Positions 13,490 to 26,900 of a stretch of 64,000 bases of DNA are shown in pieces. This DNA is from Camelus dromedarius (Eukaryota). The number at the start of each line of letters is the position of its first letter. The first letter of the stretch is position 1. Both the position numbers and the translations under genes were made by a program. Location: NCBI RefSeq assembly GCF_036321535.1, contig NC_087438.1, positions 12,154,001 through 12,218,000 on the forward strand, given 5' to 3'. The notes beneath the pieces were generated by a model, which saw only the letters and a program-made list of their open reading frames with translations, did not search any database and was not told where the DNA came from.

Positions 13490-13980
13490 ATGAACAGCTA
13501 TACAGAAACAAATTGGACAACCTAGAAGAAATGGACAAACTTATGCAAACATACAGTCCACAAAGACTGAATTAAGAGGAAACAGATCACTTGAACAGAC
13601 CAATCACTAGAAATAAAACAGAATCAGCAATAAAAAACCTCCCTATAAACAAAAGCCCAGGACCGGACGGCTTCACTGGGGAATTCTACCAAACATACAA
13701 AGAATTCATACCGGTGCTTCTCAAATTCTTCGAAAAGACTGAAAAGGAGGGAGTACTCCCAAACTCATTCTATGAATCCACCATCACCCTGATACCAAAA
13801 CTAGACAAAGACACGACCAAAAAAGAAAACTACAGGCCAATATCATTGATGAACATAGATGCAAAAATCCTCAGCAAAATATTAGCAAACAAAATCCAAC
13901 AGCACATAAAAAAGATCATACAACATGATGAAGTTGGATTCATCCCAGGGACACAAGGATGGTTCAACATATGCAAATCA
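13490..13980 (+). mobile_element. LINE-1 ORF2 internal fragment (start of the reverse transcriptase region)
   Basis: ORF 13591.. translates to [14 protein letters not shown]...LPNSFYE..ITLIPK...[23 protein letters not shown]...GFIPG.QGWFNI.KS; similarity stops abruptly at about 13980. Confidence 0.95.
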
Positions 13981-13984
13981 GGTT

Positions 13985-14600
13985 ATTTTCCACTTGTATT
14001 ACACCTTATACAAATTTCTTGTTCATGTGTTTTGGTCATTTTTCCACTAAAATATTTGTTATTTTCTTACTGATTTGTAAAGGCTCTTTATATAGTAAGG
14101 CTCTGAATCCATTGTTGTACATCACAAAAACTTTTCGTGTTATTGTTGGCCTTATTGAAGGGCAAAGTTGGCCACATGTACATGTACACAAAGTCATAAC
14201 AATGTGCACACTTTGATTTAGCAAATAAACTTCCGAGAATTTACCTCAAGGAAACAGTCTTAAATGAGCACAAGTGTCTACACATATGAATAATACAGCA
14301 AGGGGCATTGTTTACAACAACAAATAAAGGAAATCATCCAATAATAGAAATCTGACACCACAGCCACTGACAATTCTGTACAGTCACGAAGAAAGCACAG
14401 GGATGTTTTAAGATATATTAAATTAATAAAAAAGTAAGTTACTTAATTGAGGTAGACTATGAGCCCAACTTAAAGAAAAAAGTATATATGCAACAAAATG
14501 TAAACAGGACTGTCTCTAGGTGGTAAAATTATAGGTAGTTGTAATTAAAAATTGTAATTTTTTCGGTATTTTGCATATTTTCCAAATACTTTATAATCAG
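13985..14600. mobile_element. Old L1M fragments (a minus-strand piece followed by a plus-strand L1ME-like piece)
   Basis: gttcatgtgttttggtcattttt...tgatttgtaaaggctctttatata (L1 antisense); tttgatttagcaa...gaatttacctcaaggaaa (L1ME sense). Confidence 0.5.
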
Positions 14601-15131
14601 TAAGTATTGCCTTTACATTGGGGAGGGGTGCAGGCAAAACCTAGTAACTACTGCAATATGTTTTTATTATAGTTACTGAAAAATACTACTACAGTGAGTA
14701 GTGTCAGGGACAGAGCTGGCCTGAGGAAGGAGAAGGGGAACTGCCCAGGGTGAAAGGCCAACACAGGGAAATGCTAAGGAGAGGGTGAAGGCAGAGACAG
14801 CTTCCTCCAGGGCTGTGAGAAAACCCAGGGACAGTCAGACTCTGAACCCAAGCACCACACTGCAATCCACCACCGGTTCCCACTTTTTAGTCTCCAAAAC
14901 CCAGACCTTTTGCCGGAGTCATTGAGGGTAACAATGGCTTTTATAATTAGTCCTTTGTACAGATGCTGGGTGAGCGATGGTGAGTTTTACAACAAAGCCA
15001 CTAACAGACATCACACGTTAAGAGGGCTGCCTGTGAAAATGTTAATGCAGAGCCACTCAGGCTAGAACACACGCGAGCGCACACACACACAATTATAGTC
15101 TGCATATTACTGATGGGTGGTCTGGGACTGG

Positions 15132-15223
15132 CTCAAACGTTGGACTGGGCAGCTTTCTGATTGGATGCTATTCAAGACTCAAACATTGGACTGGGCAGCT
15201 TTCTGATTGGATGCTACTGAAGA
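15132..15223. repeat. Tandem duplication, 2 x 46 bp
   Basis: ctcaaacRttggactgggcagctttctgattggatgctaYtSaaga at 15132-15177 and 15178-15223; 3 mismatches. Confidence 0.95.
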
Positions 15224-17798
15224 AGTTCATCAAGACTGGCCAAAGTAAAACTGCACAGCAGGAGGGCTGCGGCGACGTAGCTGTGGCTATCGGCCACGCT
15301 GGGCACAGGGGCAAATGTCTACCCATCTTGGCAGATGGCACCCCGCAGGTGGGAAGTAAGCGAATGTGCCCTTCACCACACCATGGTACTCATCAGGGAG
15401 AGTGAAACTCTACTCATCAGAGAGTGAGTGTTCCCTCCCTGCAAATAACAACAGGCTTCTGGAACTAGGGGTCCATATATTTAAGGACAGAAATACAGGT
15501 GAGAAAATCCAGAAGTTTAACACCATGAAAGAGACAGAAATGTCAGGCACTTTCCCAAAGATGACTCATACTCCATTTTTCTCTTTTGACGGTTATTAAT
15601 TTTATGTCAGCTTAATTACCCCTAAGACTGAAAAGAAAAAAAAAAACTGATGGTAAAAATAAAATGTTCTAACATTCGTTTTTATTGCCCTGAAAACAGA
15701 TTTAGCTAAGTGGCAGTCAGCCACATTATTATTCCGTTTCTTTTAAATGTAACTCAATTTAATATGAAAGACCGCCTTCACATTTAAAACACTTATTCCC
15801 TTAAAGGGCACTTTTAGCAACTGAATAGCCATCAGCTGAACACATTCAAGCGGAGGCTGAGGCAGAGATTAGCATTTCAGACAGTCTTATTCTTTCTTTG
15901 GGGACTTCTACTCTGGGGAACCTCAGCAAAAAAGTGCCTCATCAGGTTTCTCCAGGCAGACTGTAAAATATTGGCAGGTTCATGCTTGTGTGAAACTAGC
16001 ACATGATATTCCACAGGTGACCATTCAACTCCTGTAACTTTCCCCGCTTCCATACTTGTGCACAAACCAGTTCACAACGCAACTTAAAAAGATGCTGATT
16101 CTTGTGCCAATTTCCTTAAAGGTTCATATAAACAAAGTACAAGGCAAAGAAAAAGCTGCAACACTGTAGCACGGAAGCTTTTAAAGAAGAATTCTTTGAC
16201 ATAAATTCAAACAAAGGAAACCACCTCTCACCATTTCCCACTGCAACCTAATATTAAAAATGCTTTTTCCTATAAAAGATGAATTCCATACCAAAAATAA
16301 CATTGCATTATCAACGCCTTATCCAAGCGGTTACAGCCTTTGTTCTTACAAAGCATTAGTAGTTCAAACGTGGACACGCAATTAAAATCAGCACTTACCC
16401 ATCTGTTCAGAAACGAAACACTTCTGCTGCTCAGAGAGACGGCAAAAGCTGTTTTTCTCAGGTTTAAAAAACTCCTCTGCCAAATTTTACATTACTGCGA
16501 TCATTGCGAGGTACATGAAACTTTTAAGCAGTGCAAATAAGAGAAAAATCCCTACCTTGGGTTTCTTTTCCCCCCTTCAGTTTTTGTCCACTGTAAATGG
16601 CTGCATCTTTAGCAGTCCGGGCCAGAAGCATCTGAGCTGACAGACACAAAAACGGGCTTTCTTTGGCTTGCTGGTGTTCCCGGTCTTTTATGTGGTGTCT
16701 TGGGCTCTGCTTCCCTAATTCATTCCTGATTCTACTGAAAGGAAGTCCAGCCTGGCGAGGCTGGCGGGATGGCAATTGCCGAAGATACTTCTGACTGCAG
16801 GAGCAAAGAAAGCACCTTACATGTGCCAGCAAAAGTGGGAAGCCATTTGAAATGTCCCAAGACGCTGAATTTTAAAAGATGACTAATATTAAAAAGAAAA
16901 AAAAACCGCGCCAGGACAAAGCCAAGCAATTTCATTGTGACCCTGGAAAGTCGACCCCGAGAACACCACCCCCCTGCCTTAAGCCCAGCTTCATTTACGG
17001 CTATTTATCCCGGTCTTTGCATAGCGCGCCTGAATAGTTGCCATAACAACTCAGTAAACAGGATTCGAGCGACCACTGAGGGGTTCAGGGCAATTGTTTT
17101 GTTTAGGGAGAAGAATGGTAGCTTTAATGCTTCCTCTACTGAAATTTCCTGAAAAGACAGAGCTGCTTTTTTTTTTTTTTTAAATAGATTGTGTGTATGT
17201 GCTGTTCTCAAAAGTCAAAGATGCTGGCAAGGAGTGCCCCAGTTATAGGAGAAGAGGCCACAGGAGTGGCAGTCAGACAGGAAGAATTATGAAACTAAGA
17301 AATACTGAATGCCAGGTGGGCATTTTCCAGTAAGGATGCAGAGGGAGTGGAATCATCCCAAGAGGCTGTAAGAGGAAGTAAATGAAAGAAGAGGCCAGAG
17401 TCTGGTATCCAGATGGTTCCACAAAGTCCTCGCTCCTGGGTTGTCCTATGCTCTCTCCTCCATTTTTTTCCCCACGGAGTCTCTTCTCTATAAAGCAGTT
17501 TCATTCAGATTTTATCCGTGCCACAGAAACATCATTCTCAATCTTCACCCTATGGCCAGGCAATCAGAAACTATCCTGTTCTTAAAAAATAATATTGGAA
17601 AAAAATGTTCACGAGTATTGCCAACAGGTTATGAACATCTGGCAATCTGACACATCATGCCAGTAATTTATCAAAATTCACAGACTCTTAGGACACACAG
17701 ACCCTTCATGGTAACTTTGGATTTTAATAATAATGGATCAGTATTGGTTCACAATGATATCAAATTTACCACATAATGCAAGGTGTTAATAACAGGGG

Positions 17799-17802
<4 letters not shown>

Positions 17803-17830
<28 letters not shown>
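17803..17830. repeat. (GT)14 microsatellite inside an L1MC-like 3' end (about 17710-17930)
   Basis: Perfect GT run; flanks gtgttaataacaggggaaac and atatgagaactctctgcact are L1MC-like. Confidence 0.85.
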
Positions 17831-19102
17831 TGGAGGCGAGAGTGATATGAGAACTCTCTGCACTCTCTGCTGAAATTTTTTGTAAATTTTAAAGTATTCT
17901 AAAAAATTAAGTCTGTTAATATAAAAAAATTGACATAAAGCTGTTCATCCCATATCCATGTCAAAGACTAAAGGAAGTTAAAAAAAAAAAGCAGCAACAG
18001 CTAGTTACAACAAATTGCTAAAGGTATCTGATTTAAAATTCAACTCAAAAAGAAAAAGGTCTGGTAACAGTCTTATAAAGATTTTCCTGTGATTCAGCTT
18101 AAATTGGGAGTTAAACTGTGAGGATGGAGTAGGCCTATTTTCTGCCCCAAACACATCGTGCAAGTATGGAGTATTTCACACAGTGAAGTGTGGCAGGTCC
18201 ATGACCATGTCACCTCCTTTAAGGCCTACAACTGCTCCCCTAAGCAGGCACTGTCACTTCAAACACTTCAGGGAGTTGGAACTAATCCCAAGGCCACAGG
18301 ACTGTTGAGTGACAACAGGCTGGACAGACACCATGGCACACACCTTTGATCTACTTCCAATTCAGGCCATTGTTTTACAGGCCCTGCACCTGGGTGGCCG
18401 CGCAACAGCCCTCCCACACCAGCAGGACCCCAGCGTCTCAGGATGCGCCAGACTAGGGCACCCTGCACCCCACGTTTCAGCCGGCGTGGAGCAGAGCTGC
18501 CTGTGCCCTTGGCGTGGGCCACGAACGAATGACTTAGTTAACCACAGCTCCACAGGCAACCCTGAGAATGTGCAGAGGGCAGCAGGGGGTAGGTGGGGCA
18601 GTGGGAAATGCAGCTGTGGGAAATCAGCTGCAGAGAAAGCAGCAGGAAAAAAGAGAAAAAAAAAAAAATGAATGAGATGAGCATAGTCAGTAATAAGGTG
18701 ATACTCTACCAAACCCAGCTGCCCGCAGGAGACTGGAGATACTGTAGCTTAATGTGCTGATGTGTGATGGAAAATTTCCGAGATACAATTTTGCACAGGA
18801 GGCTGTTTACTAGAGCAGGGAAATGGATTCTTATTAAGAGTTTAAAAAATATTTGACACACTCAGAGTGGGTATCTGACATTTCACTTTAATCTCAAATG
18901 ATGGGATGAAAACCAGTGAATGGAAGATGCAGAAATGCAGATTTCATTTAGTATGATTAAGACCTTTCCCATAAATAGTAAAAGCTTAAAAAAAAAAAAA
19001 ACAGTCTGCCCTAAGGTGCAAGGAAAGAGTCAATTCTCTGTCCCTCAGGATTATTTAGGAAAAGGGAGGATGATCCGCGTCTCATTTAAAGGGGATAAAT
19101 AG

Positions 19103-19581
19103 ACCACATTTCACCAATTCTTAACGCAAATACATTCCCCTCTCAATATGCCTGAAATCGGATGTGTCTGTGGCTCACTCACGTCCAAACAGCCACCATG
19201 ACATAATTCCATACCTGGATGGACACGAATTTCATCACAGCTTTTCACTGTCTTCGAAAATCACAGGCACTATTGGAACTCCTTGCACTGCTTTAAATGT
19301 GGTCTAACTGCTCCTCTCTAGATTTGTCAGTGAAACAGAAAGTCATTTCACCTGCAGAAAGACCTAGAAGCAGAGTGCCAAGGTGTCACTGAGTTATCAG
19401 TGAAGCAAGTACTTGTGGTGGAAGAATGACAACCATTTCATACTTCTTGCAAAGCAAAAAGCAAGTGCCTGGTGACAGGACAGCATGGTGCCCTGGCTAA
19501 GCAGGCAGTGCTGCTTCCACAGTGATACATAAATAACGGTGCCTTTACAACCAGGGAAGTCATCGATTCAACAAAATAGAC
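19103..19581. mobile_element. Kanga-like TcMar-Tc2 DNA transposon remnant
   Basis: Degenerate termini (atttcaccaattctta...ctgaaatcggatgtgtct and gtgcctttacaacc...gattcaacaaaata) resemble MER104/Kanga ends. Confidence 0.45.
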
Positions 19582-22326
19582 AACGTCTGGACCCAATGAT
19601 GTGTAATTCCAAAAAAGTTCAATTGAAATGCTAACATCCAGTTTTTCAGCCTTTCAGTTTAAACCTTTGCTATCTGGTGGATTTGCACATCCAGACCTCC
19701 TTGCCCAATCATGGCAGGGAACACACACCTTAGGGGGACCCCATTTAGAGGTCTGAGTGTTGGAGTATGAAGCGCCTTGCCAGACTCGCATTGTTTATGA
19801 ACAAGCCTCTGGTGCTGTGCTTGGCTGTGCCCAAAGGGCTCCGAACCCTACGGGGGCCGTGTCTGAGGGGGTCAGCTGGGAGAGGGAGACCAGGAGAAGT
19901 AACGCATTAACACAGAAAGACCGGATCATAGCAAGGACACCACCCTAATGTTGACCTATTGGTATATCCTGAGAGTAACTTCTCCAACTAGGCAAACTGA
20001 AGGTGATCCAGAAGCAAAAAATAGGCCAAAAGTAAAACAAACCAACTAGGATGGAACTTGTAGCAGAAGGATTAAAGACAGCACTTAAGTCTCCATCTTT
20101 GGCAAAGTCAAGCACGCACACACCATGAACATCTCCACAGTGTCCCTTGATGAGCAGTTCAATTCCACATTTACTGAGCACATGGGACAGCCTGGACGCT
20201 GAGCTATGCGGCAGGGCACAAAGATGGAAGAGGCAGGTCCCTCAAGGTTGTACTTGGCCAAGGTCAAGGTCACCCATGTTTGTGGAATTACCTTATTCAG
20301 AAAATGGGATCAGCATAGAGAAACCAAAGCCTAAAGAGAAATGTAAAGGGTCGCTGGGGTCAAGTTCAGTAAGGTTCCTGAGAAATAAGGTGAAGAAAAT
20401 GAGAGGGGAAAAGATTCAGGAAGAATAAAACAGGACAAAAAATTCAAGGTAGGAAATACATTTCGCGCAGCTTCTGTAGGAGGCTGGCCCGGCCTCACGT
20501 TAGGGGCTGAGAACCACAGACCACCAGTTCTCACACCCGGGAAGGGAAGGGTGTCCTGATACTTACCATCTGTTTCCTTTTTTAATTCTGTCCTGCACCT
20601 CCCTCAGGGTTTTTCTGAGGAATGTTAATGACCAACTTTTCTGACTAAAACGTACTTAAAACAGGAGGCAGGGAGGGAAGGCAAGGATCTGGGCCACGGG
20701 ACGCCCTTGGGGGGAAATTCTAATGAGGTGAAGCAGGTTTTCTTTGATACAGAAATCTCCTGGGGTTGGTCTGGGCACTCCTGGCCAGCAACTACCATTG
20801 CCTGAGCAAATCACACTAGGACGAGGCCAAGGGGCCACACCACCAACTCAGCACGTCTGATAGAGAATTCTGCCCTTTGTAAACCGAGAACTCTAAGCTG
20901 AGGGGAGAAGTACATCCCTCCGTGGTACCTGAGGCAAAGCGCTGGCTCAGACTAGCCCCTTCCAAGAGCTATGCTTTTATTACCTTCATAACTTAGTGCC
21001 AGGAGGATTTCTCAGCAACGCTAATGAAATGTCTTCTATGCAACATGCAAGATTAGCTACAAGTCATTCACAAAAGGAAAAAAAGCCCACATATGATTAT
21101 AGTTGAACTGATTTAACTGCTTCAGCATTTCAGTTACATCCACCAACTTTTCAAAACATAAAAATCCCAAATAACAAAGCCCCATAAGATTCCCACAAAA
21201 GGATTTCTAAATGCTTTGGGCCCAGGTGCCTATCCTGAGCTTCACACACTTGCCAAAGGAAAGGAGTCAGTCTGTGCTACATAAGCCTGGGGCCCACAGG
21301 GCTGCGTATGCACGCTCGCCGGGCCACCATGGGAGCCCTGGATGTGCCGAGTAGGCTCCTAAAAGCACCGAGCAGCTGCTCTGCTTTTTCTAAGGCCTTA
21401 GCTGTTAGGGCCACAGACTGTACAGCCATTGTTCCAATCCTTTTCTGGGCACAGAATTGTCAAAAGAAACCTCTAGAATCTGCCCAAACCCACGACCCAT
21501 GTTCCGGAATGATGCACAAAATACCTACATCTACTTGTATTCGATACATCTTCTCAAGCTCCCATAATGAACATCTGATGTGGGAAAGGTATGCGGTGAG
21601 GGGAGACGGCCTCACCCCTCCAGGCTGGAAATACACCTTCCCCATCCCTGGGCAAAGGCCAGCAAGACTTTCCCTGTGAAATGCCCAGAAGCATCTATCT
21701 TTGGACAAAAGAAAATTCATAAGGAACTCCAAATGAGGGTTGTTCGCATACACTTCCTATACCATCACCAGTAACACTCCAGTATTTTCAGTGGAACCAA
21801 ATGAATGCTAAGTGAGTCATAATTTTCTATTTCCACAGCCTAATTAGTTCCTTCACACTTACTGTCACACCTACATCTTAGGCCTCAGACAAGTTGGTTC
21901 TCATGTCTGACTTGTCAGGTGTCTTTAAAAGGGTACCGAGATGTTTTTTCAAAGTCTTCTATGGCCCATCTCATGGTGTTATTAGTGCCTGCCACTGGTC
22001 AGGAGGTGGCAAGGGCTATGAGCCAAGAGAAATGGAACCTTGAGGTTGGGTCGGCTCATTTTTTAAAATGCCAACACCAAAGCAATTAGGCACAATCAAA
22101 TCCCAGCAAGGAAAAATAAACATCAAAAAGAGGTAATTTCTTCAATGTTCTGTGTTTTCACATAGGCCTCACTTCAAAAGTGACGGCAATTTAAAGGGAA
22201 AATGAACTCCATGTCACCCAAAAAAGAAAAAAAAAAAAAAAAACACGGAGGACCGAGTTTTTAAAATTAAAAATTCTATCCTTATAAATAAGTTCTGGCT
22301 TGGTGGGTGACACCCCCGCCCCTGCT

Positions 22327-22490
22327 ATTTCATTGAATATAAGATGCCAACGGCTGTAAAAGTGCACAATTATTACACCACTAAGAAGCGAGGAGAAGCT
22401 CCCAATTAAACTGTGGTTTGCCAAAAGCTGTAAGATGCATCTCAATGCTGAAGACCTTCAACGGGGGAAAAACATGCACGTTAAGCAGCT
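22327..22490. mobile_element. MER104-like TcMar-Tc2 element
   Basis: tatttcattgaatataagatgcca...tgtaagatgcatctc...aaaaacatgcacgtta. Confidence 0.55.
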
Positions 22491-23895
22491 CCTGTGAGTG
22501 GGGACTCAAATTGCAGAGCCCATGTATTTATCTTGTCCATACCGCCCAGTGTGGTTTTATGAAGCACGGCAGGTGGGTATAAACCAGCTGATGTGGGACA
22601 TGGTATTGTTTTAACTGTTAATTTCCTACGTTATGTCAAAAAAAAAAAAAAAACTATGTATTATTAAGTTGCCTTTTTTGGTGATAACCTGAAACATTTT
22701 ATTAAAAATCTGAAAAAAGGGAAAGATGAGTTACTATTGAAACTACAGAACCGATGCACATTAAGTCATCACAGATCTTCTGTAGTCTCAGCCACGTGTG
22801 CCAGACAAATGCCAAATTCTCACCTTCACACCTCAGAGCAAGGCAACCAACTGAACGGAAAATCCTCCACTCGATGCAGTTTTGCCTTCCAAGAAGACAG
22901 AATTCAAAATTGTGATTCTTACAAATAAACACCTTAAACTACAAATAAGGAATGGTTGTAATATTAAAGTCGAAGGGAATTGGTAAGCAAAACGAAAATA
23001 AGATCTAGCATCGGCAAAGGTTTCAACCGCAGCACCACCAAACATCACACAGCCTCATGGCAAAGAGCTGAGCTCAGGTTCCTTTATCTGAATCCTTATG
23101 AGGATGGCTTCCAGTTCTTCCACACAAGGGGCTCTTGATATTCCTACCTTGTGGGGGCTTTTCTGCTCTTCATAGGGGTTACTGAGAGCAGATGTTGGCC
23201 AAATAACGATAAAAAAACTAAAATTAACAGCACTTCAAGGCAAGTTGCCCATTTAGCATTAGATTCAGCAGCTACCTATATCTCACACTCCGTTTTCTTT
23301 GTTGAGAAGAATAAATATTATAAAACGTATAAAATCACATTGTTTCTGATCCGGATACAGCATTCAAGAGCTAGAACAAGAGCGTAGACACAAGAACTTG
23401 CGATGACAGGAGCCTTCTAATTGGTTACCATCAGCTCATCCAAGTCCTTAAAAGCCATTATTACCACTTAAAATACAGACTGTTTGTCATGTTTAACAAT
23501 AAAGCAAAAGAAAAGAAAATGAAAAAAAAATCAACCACAACAAAAAGCACACCAACCATTTCTTCTAAAAAGGTAGATAGCACATTCTGGAGCCTCACCA
23601 AGATTTCAAACCAATACTTAAGGAAAGGAAAAAAAAAAAAAAAAGCAAAGGTTTCACAATGTTTCCTTTTAAACTAGATTTTTCTAACATGGAATGGCGT
23701 CATTCAAAATTAGACAAGTAGGTTTAAAAGACAAAGGGATTCTTTCCCACTGAATGTTACGCTATAGTAATGTCATATACATTTCCAACCACCTATAATG
23801 CAAGGATTTTGGAGAAGCCAAATCTGTGATCAACAAGCTCAGGAGGCAGTGTCCCCAAAGACACAGTCTGAGTCTAGAACTGCAGTACATCTTAC

Positions 23896-23976
23896 CTTCT
23901 GCATGTTTGGCTTGATACAGCGAACAAAGAAAGGATTAGAGGAGCTTAGCGTTGCCATCAAGGAATGAAGGGAGTC
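23896..23976 (-). CDS. MYO10: MYO10 exon 19 ([27 protein letters not shown])
   Basis: 81 nt; aatag|GAC ... AAG|gtaaga; FVRCIKPN motif; ends in phase 0. Confidence 0.97.
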
Positions 23977-26900
23977 CTATTAGGAAGGAAAAAGTGTATG
24001 TTGATTTAGTCTCTTATGGTGTCTCTCTTTAAATTTCTCGGCACCCTAGGCACTTATCAGAAACAAGCAAAAAGAAAACAACATAAATCTGAGGAATAAT
24101 AGAGATTTTATTTTTAATCCTGTCATTCTAATATAAAATAAAGGTATCATCATTGTCACAGAAGCTATTTCACATACACAAAACTCATTTAATTCCTTGA
24201 CACAGTACCCTTAAACAAACAAAACTATCCTGTTAACCAGCAAAAAAAAAAAACAACCCTGGGATATTTCAATGTTTAGTACAGAAAACCTGAGAAGCAT
24301 CCATTCTCCCACCAGAGTTGTTGTTCTTCCTAATTATTTCCATCAAAATGACAGTTTATACCAGTACTTCACTGGTTTTTGAGCCACCATCTCTCACTCT
24401 TATCTTCAAACCACCAGGCAGCTTAATCTTCCGCAATACTGCTATCTCGTCTTTTTTTTTTTTTAACTTGTTTTTAATTTGTGAAGAATTTTTAACATTT
24501 ACCAAAGCAGACTGAGCATGTAATGAGGAGCCAGCATCAGCGTCAGCCCCCAGCTAACCTCATTTCGTCTGATCTCTGTCCCTGTACAGACCACGCCCTC
24601 TTTTTGCAGAAAAGCAAATCCCACACGTAGTATTACTTCATCCCTCAATTTTTCAGTATGTATTATCAAAGTCTAAAGACTTTAAAGCACACACAGGTAA
24701 CCACAGTATCTTTCCTAAAAATATTTAACATGAATTTCTTAGTATCAACATGACAAGGTGCAACTATCTCATTTCTTATTAAAATACTCCACCGTCTCAA
24801 ATTTCACAATCTGTCAATGGCTGCTTCTTTGAAATCAGATTGCAAGTAAGGTCCAGGTAGTGCAGTGAGTTGATATATCTTCTAAGTCTCTATTGTTTTT
24901 GTTTTTTTGGGGGGCGAGTGGGTAATTAGGTTTATTTATTTACTTTTAGTGGAGGTACTGGGGATTGAACCCAGGGCCTCGTGAATGCTAAGCATGTACT
25001 CTACCACTTAGCTATACCCTCCCACCACTTTTAAGTCTCTCTTAATTCCCTGGTTTTCCCTCCATCTCCATCTTTCTCTTTTTCCCTTCTTACAATTTTG
25101 TTGCTGAAGAAATGGGGTCATCCTCAGTACTACACTGATTAGTTACTTCTCTGTTTAGGAAGCTTTAGGATCTCTCAGATGACAAAATGTCCTGGAATTC
25201 ATGGCCCTTCATATTCTGGGACCCATTTCACTTCATACAAGGTGTCCCGTCAGCCGGCCCCCGTCTATTCAGGGACAGGACTTATGTTCCTGATTCAGGA
25301 CTCCGCCTCCTGCCGCTTTCCCATCTCCTTGCTTCCTGGTCCACTTCCAGTCCCAAACATCCACAAAACCTCCGAGGACAACTCCAGGCCACACTGACCC
25401 AGAAACAGACAACACAACCCTCTACTGGATGATTAAGAGCCGAGGGTTTAGAGTCAGACAGACCTGGGTTCAATTCAAATCCCAGCTCCAGTCTTCAGAG
25501 GGACTGAGCAAGTCTGCATTTCTCTAAACCTCAGCTTCCTCATCTATAAAATGGGGACAATAATATGTACTTCTAAGATTATGGGAGAAGTGAAGGAGAT
25601 AATGTATATAAAGTGATCAGCCCAATGACTAGCTCATGGTGAATGCACAGTAAATGGCAGCTGTTATCATACCCCATCTGGGTCAAAGCTGCCCTTCCTA
25701 CCACACGAGCCAGCAGGTCAGCAGTGGTCAGGCGTGGGTCTGGTTCAATGCCAACCACGCGGTCCAACAGACCTCACACAGAAGCCCCACCTCCAACGCA
25801 GCCAACACTGAGTAACTCAATGAAAGAGAGCCTCCCAGAGGGCAGATCAATAAGTGTCTGTCCACTGACACTCCTCCATTGCCCATTATGTTAGGATTTG
25901 GGGGTAGAACGGAACAAGTCAGTCAGTGAAGTCGTTTTCATATGCTCTACCTCTAAACTCTCTAAAATGTTCACATATTTCAAATGCAAATAAGAATGGT
26001 CCTCATATTTTCCCTGAATTTTGGACATCTGGACAAGGTAACTGACACTGATCTGATTTAACCATGCACTTGGTTATGATACTGTAAACATACATGAGAA
26101 AAATTTTAAAAATTCAGACACTGGAAGAAATACTTTATATTCACAAGCCTTTAAATACAAATCAGAGTAATTCCAAATGACCCAACAGTCCTTCAGAATT
26201 ATTTTATAAGCTTAAAATAAGTAGCTATGTATTTCTAACTAGACAAAAAAAAAGTACATCTTTTTACCTGTCTCAGAAATAAAAACTATATTTTCCTTCT
26301 AAAGCGCTGTCTGATTTAAAAGGAGAGGAAAAAAATTAAATACACACCTCCATAGACCTCACATAAACCCAATTTCTATTTTCAATTCTTAAAATCACAA
26401 CAAAGATTGATTCCTCCAGGCCAGCAGCGCAGACTCACCTTGAATTGTGAGCTGACTGTGGGCCGTCGATGTTTGCTTCCACATTTCAAGGTATCCTGGT
26501 TATTGCGGCTCGAAACATGTTCAAATAGGTCGTAGATGAAGTCGAATCTGTGTGAGTGAGCAGAGAGGAGAAGGACCGTGAGGGGCACACACCCAATTAT
26601 CAGGTGCAGGATTACTGCAATTGCAACGCATTTTCCCACTGAAAACAATACATCAAGGCCTGGAAGAGCTAAGACAGCTTCCAAAGATCTCAAACCAACC
26701 ACTGCCAACGGGCTTTGGGCACAGAAAACAGATGGAGCGACCTTTGGGGCACTAGAGTTGCAGAAAGAAGAGGACCGGGAGAAAGGTGACCCCAGGTGAC
26801 AAGCCGCTAGGACCGCCGGGCTTCCCGGAGCTTCTGCAGCCTCGGCTTCTCGCCTGTAGAAGGCGGGTGTCTGTCTTGTGCATCTCAGTGTTGCCAGGAT

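Noticed and set aside
13591..14073. Reverse-transcriptase-like ORF as a functional or domesticated gene
   Set aside because: A short L1 ORF2 fragment that lacks the catalytic RT motifs and runs into unrelated sequence after 13980
15132..15223. CRISPR-like or prokaryotic-type repeat array
   Set aside because: Two adjacent units with no spacers in mammalian intronic DNA
1..23895. MYO10 exon 20 or a nested protein-coding gene
   Set aside because: No myosin converter or IQ coding sequence and no credible multi-exon or long ORF; consistent with the large intron 19
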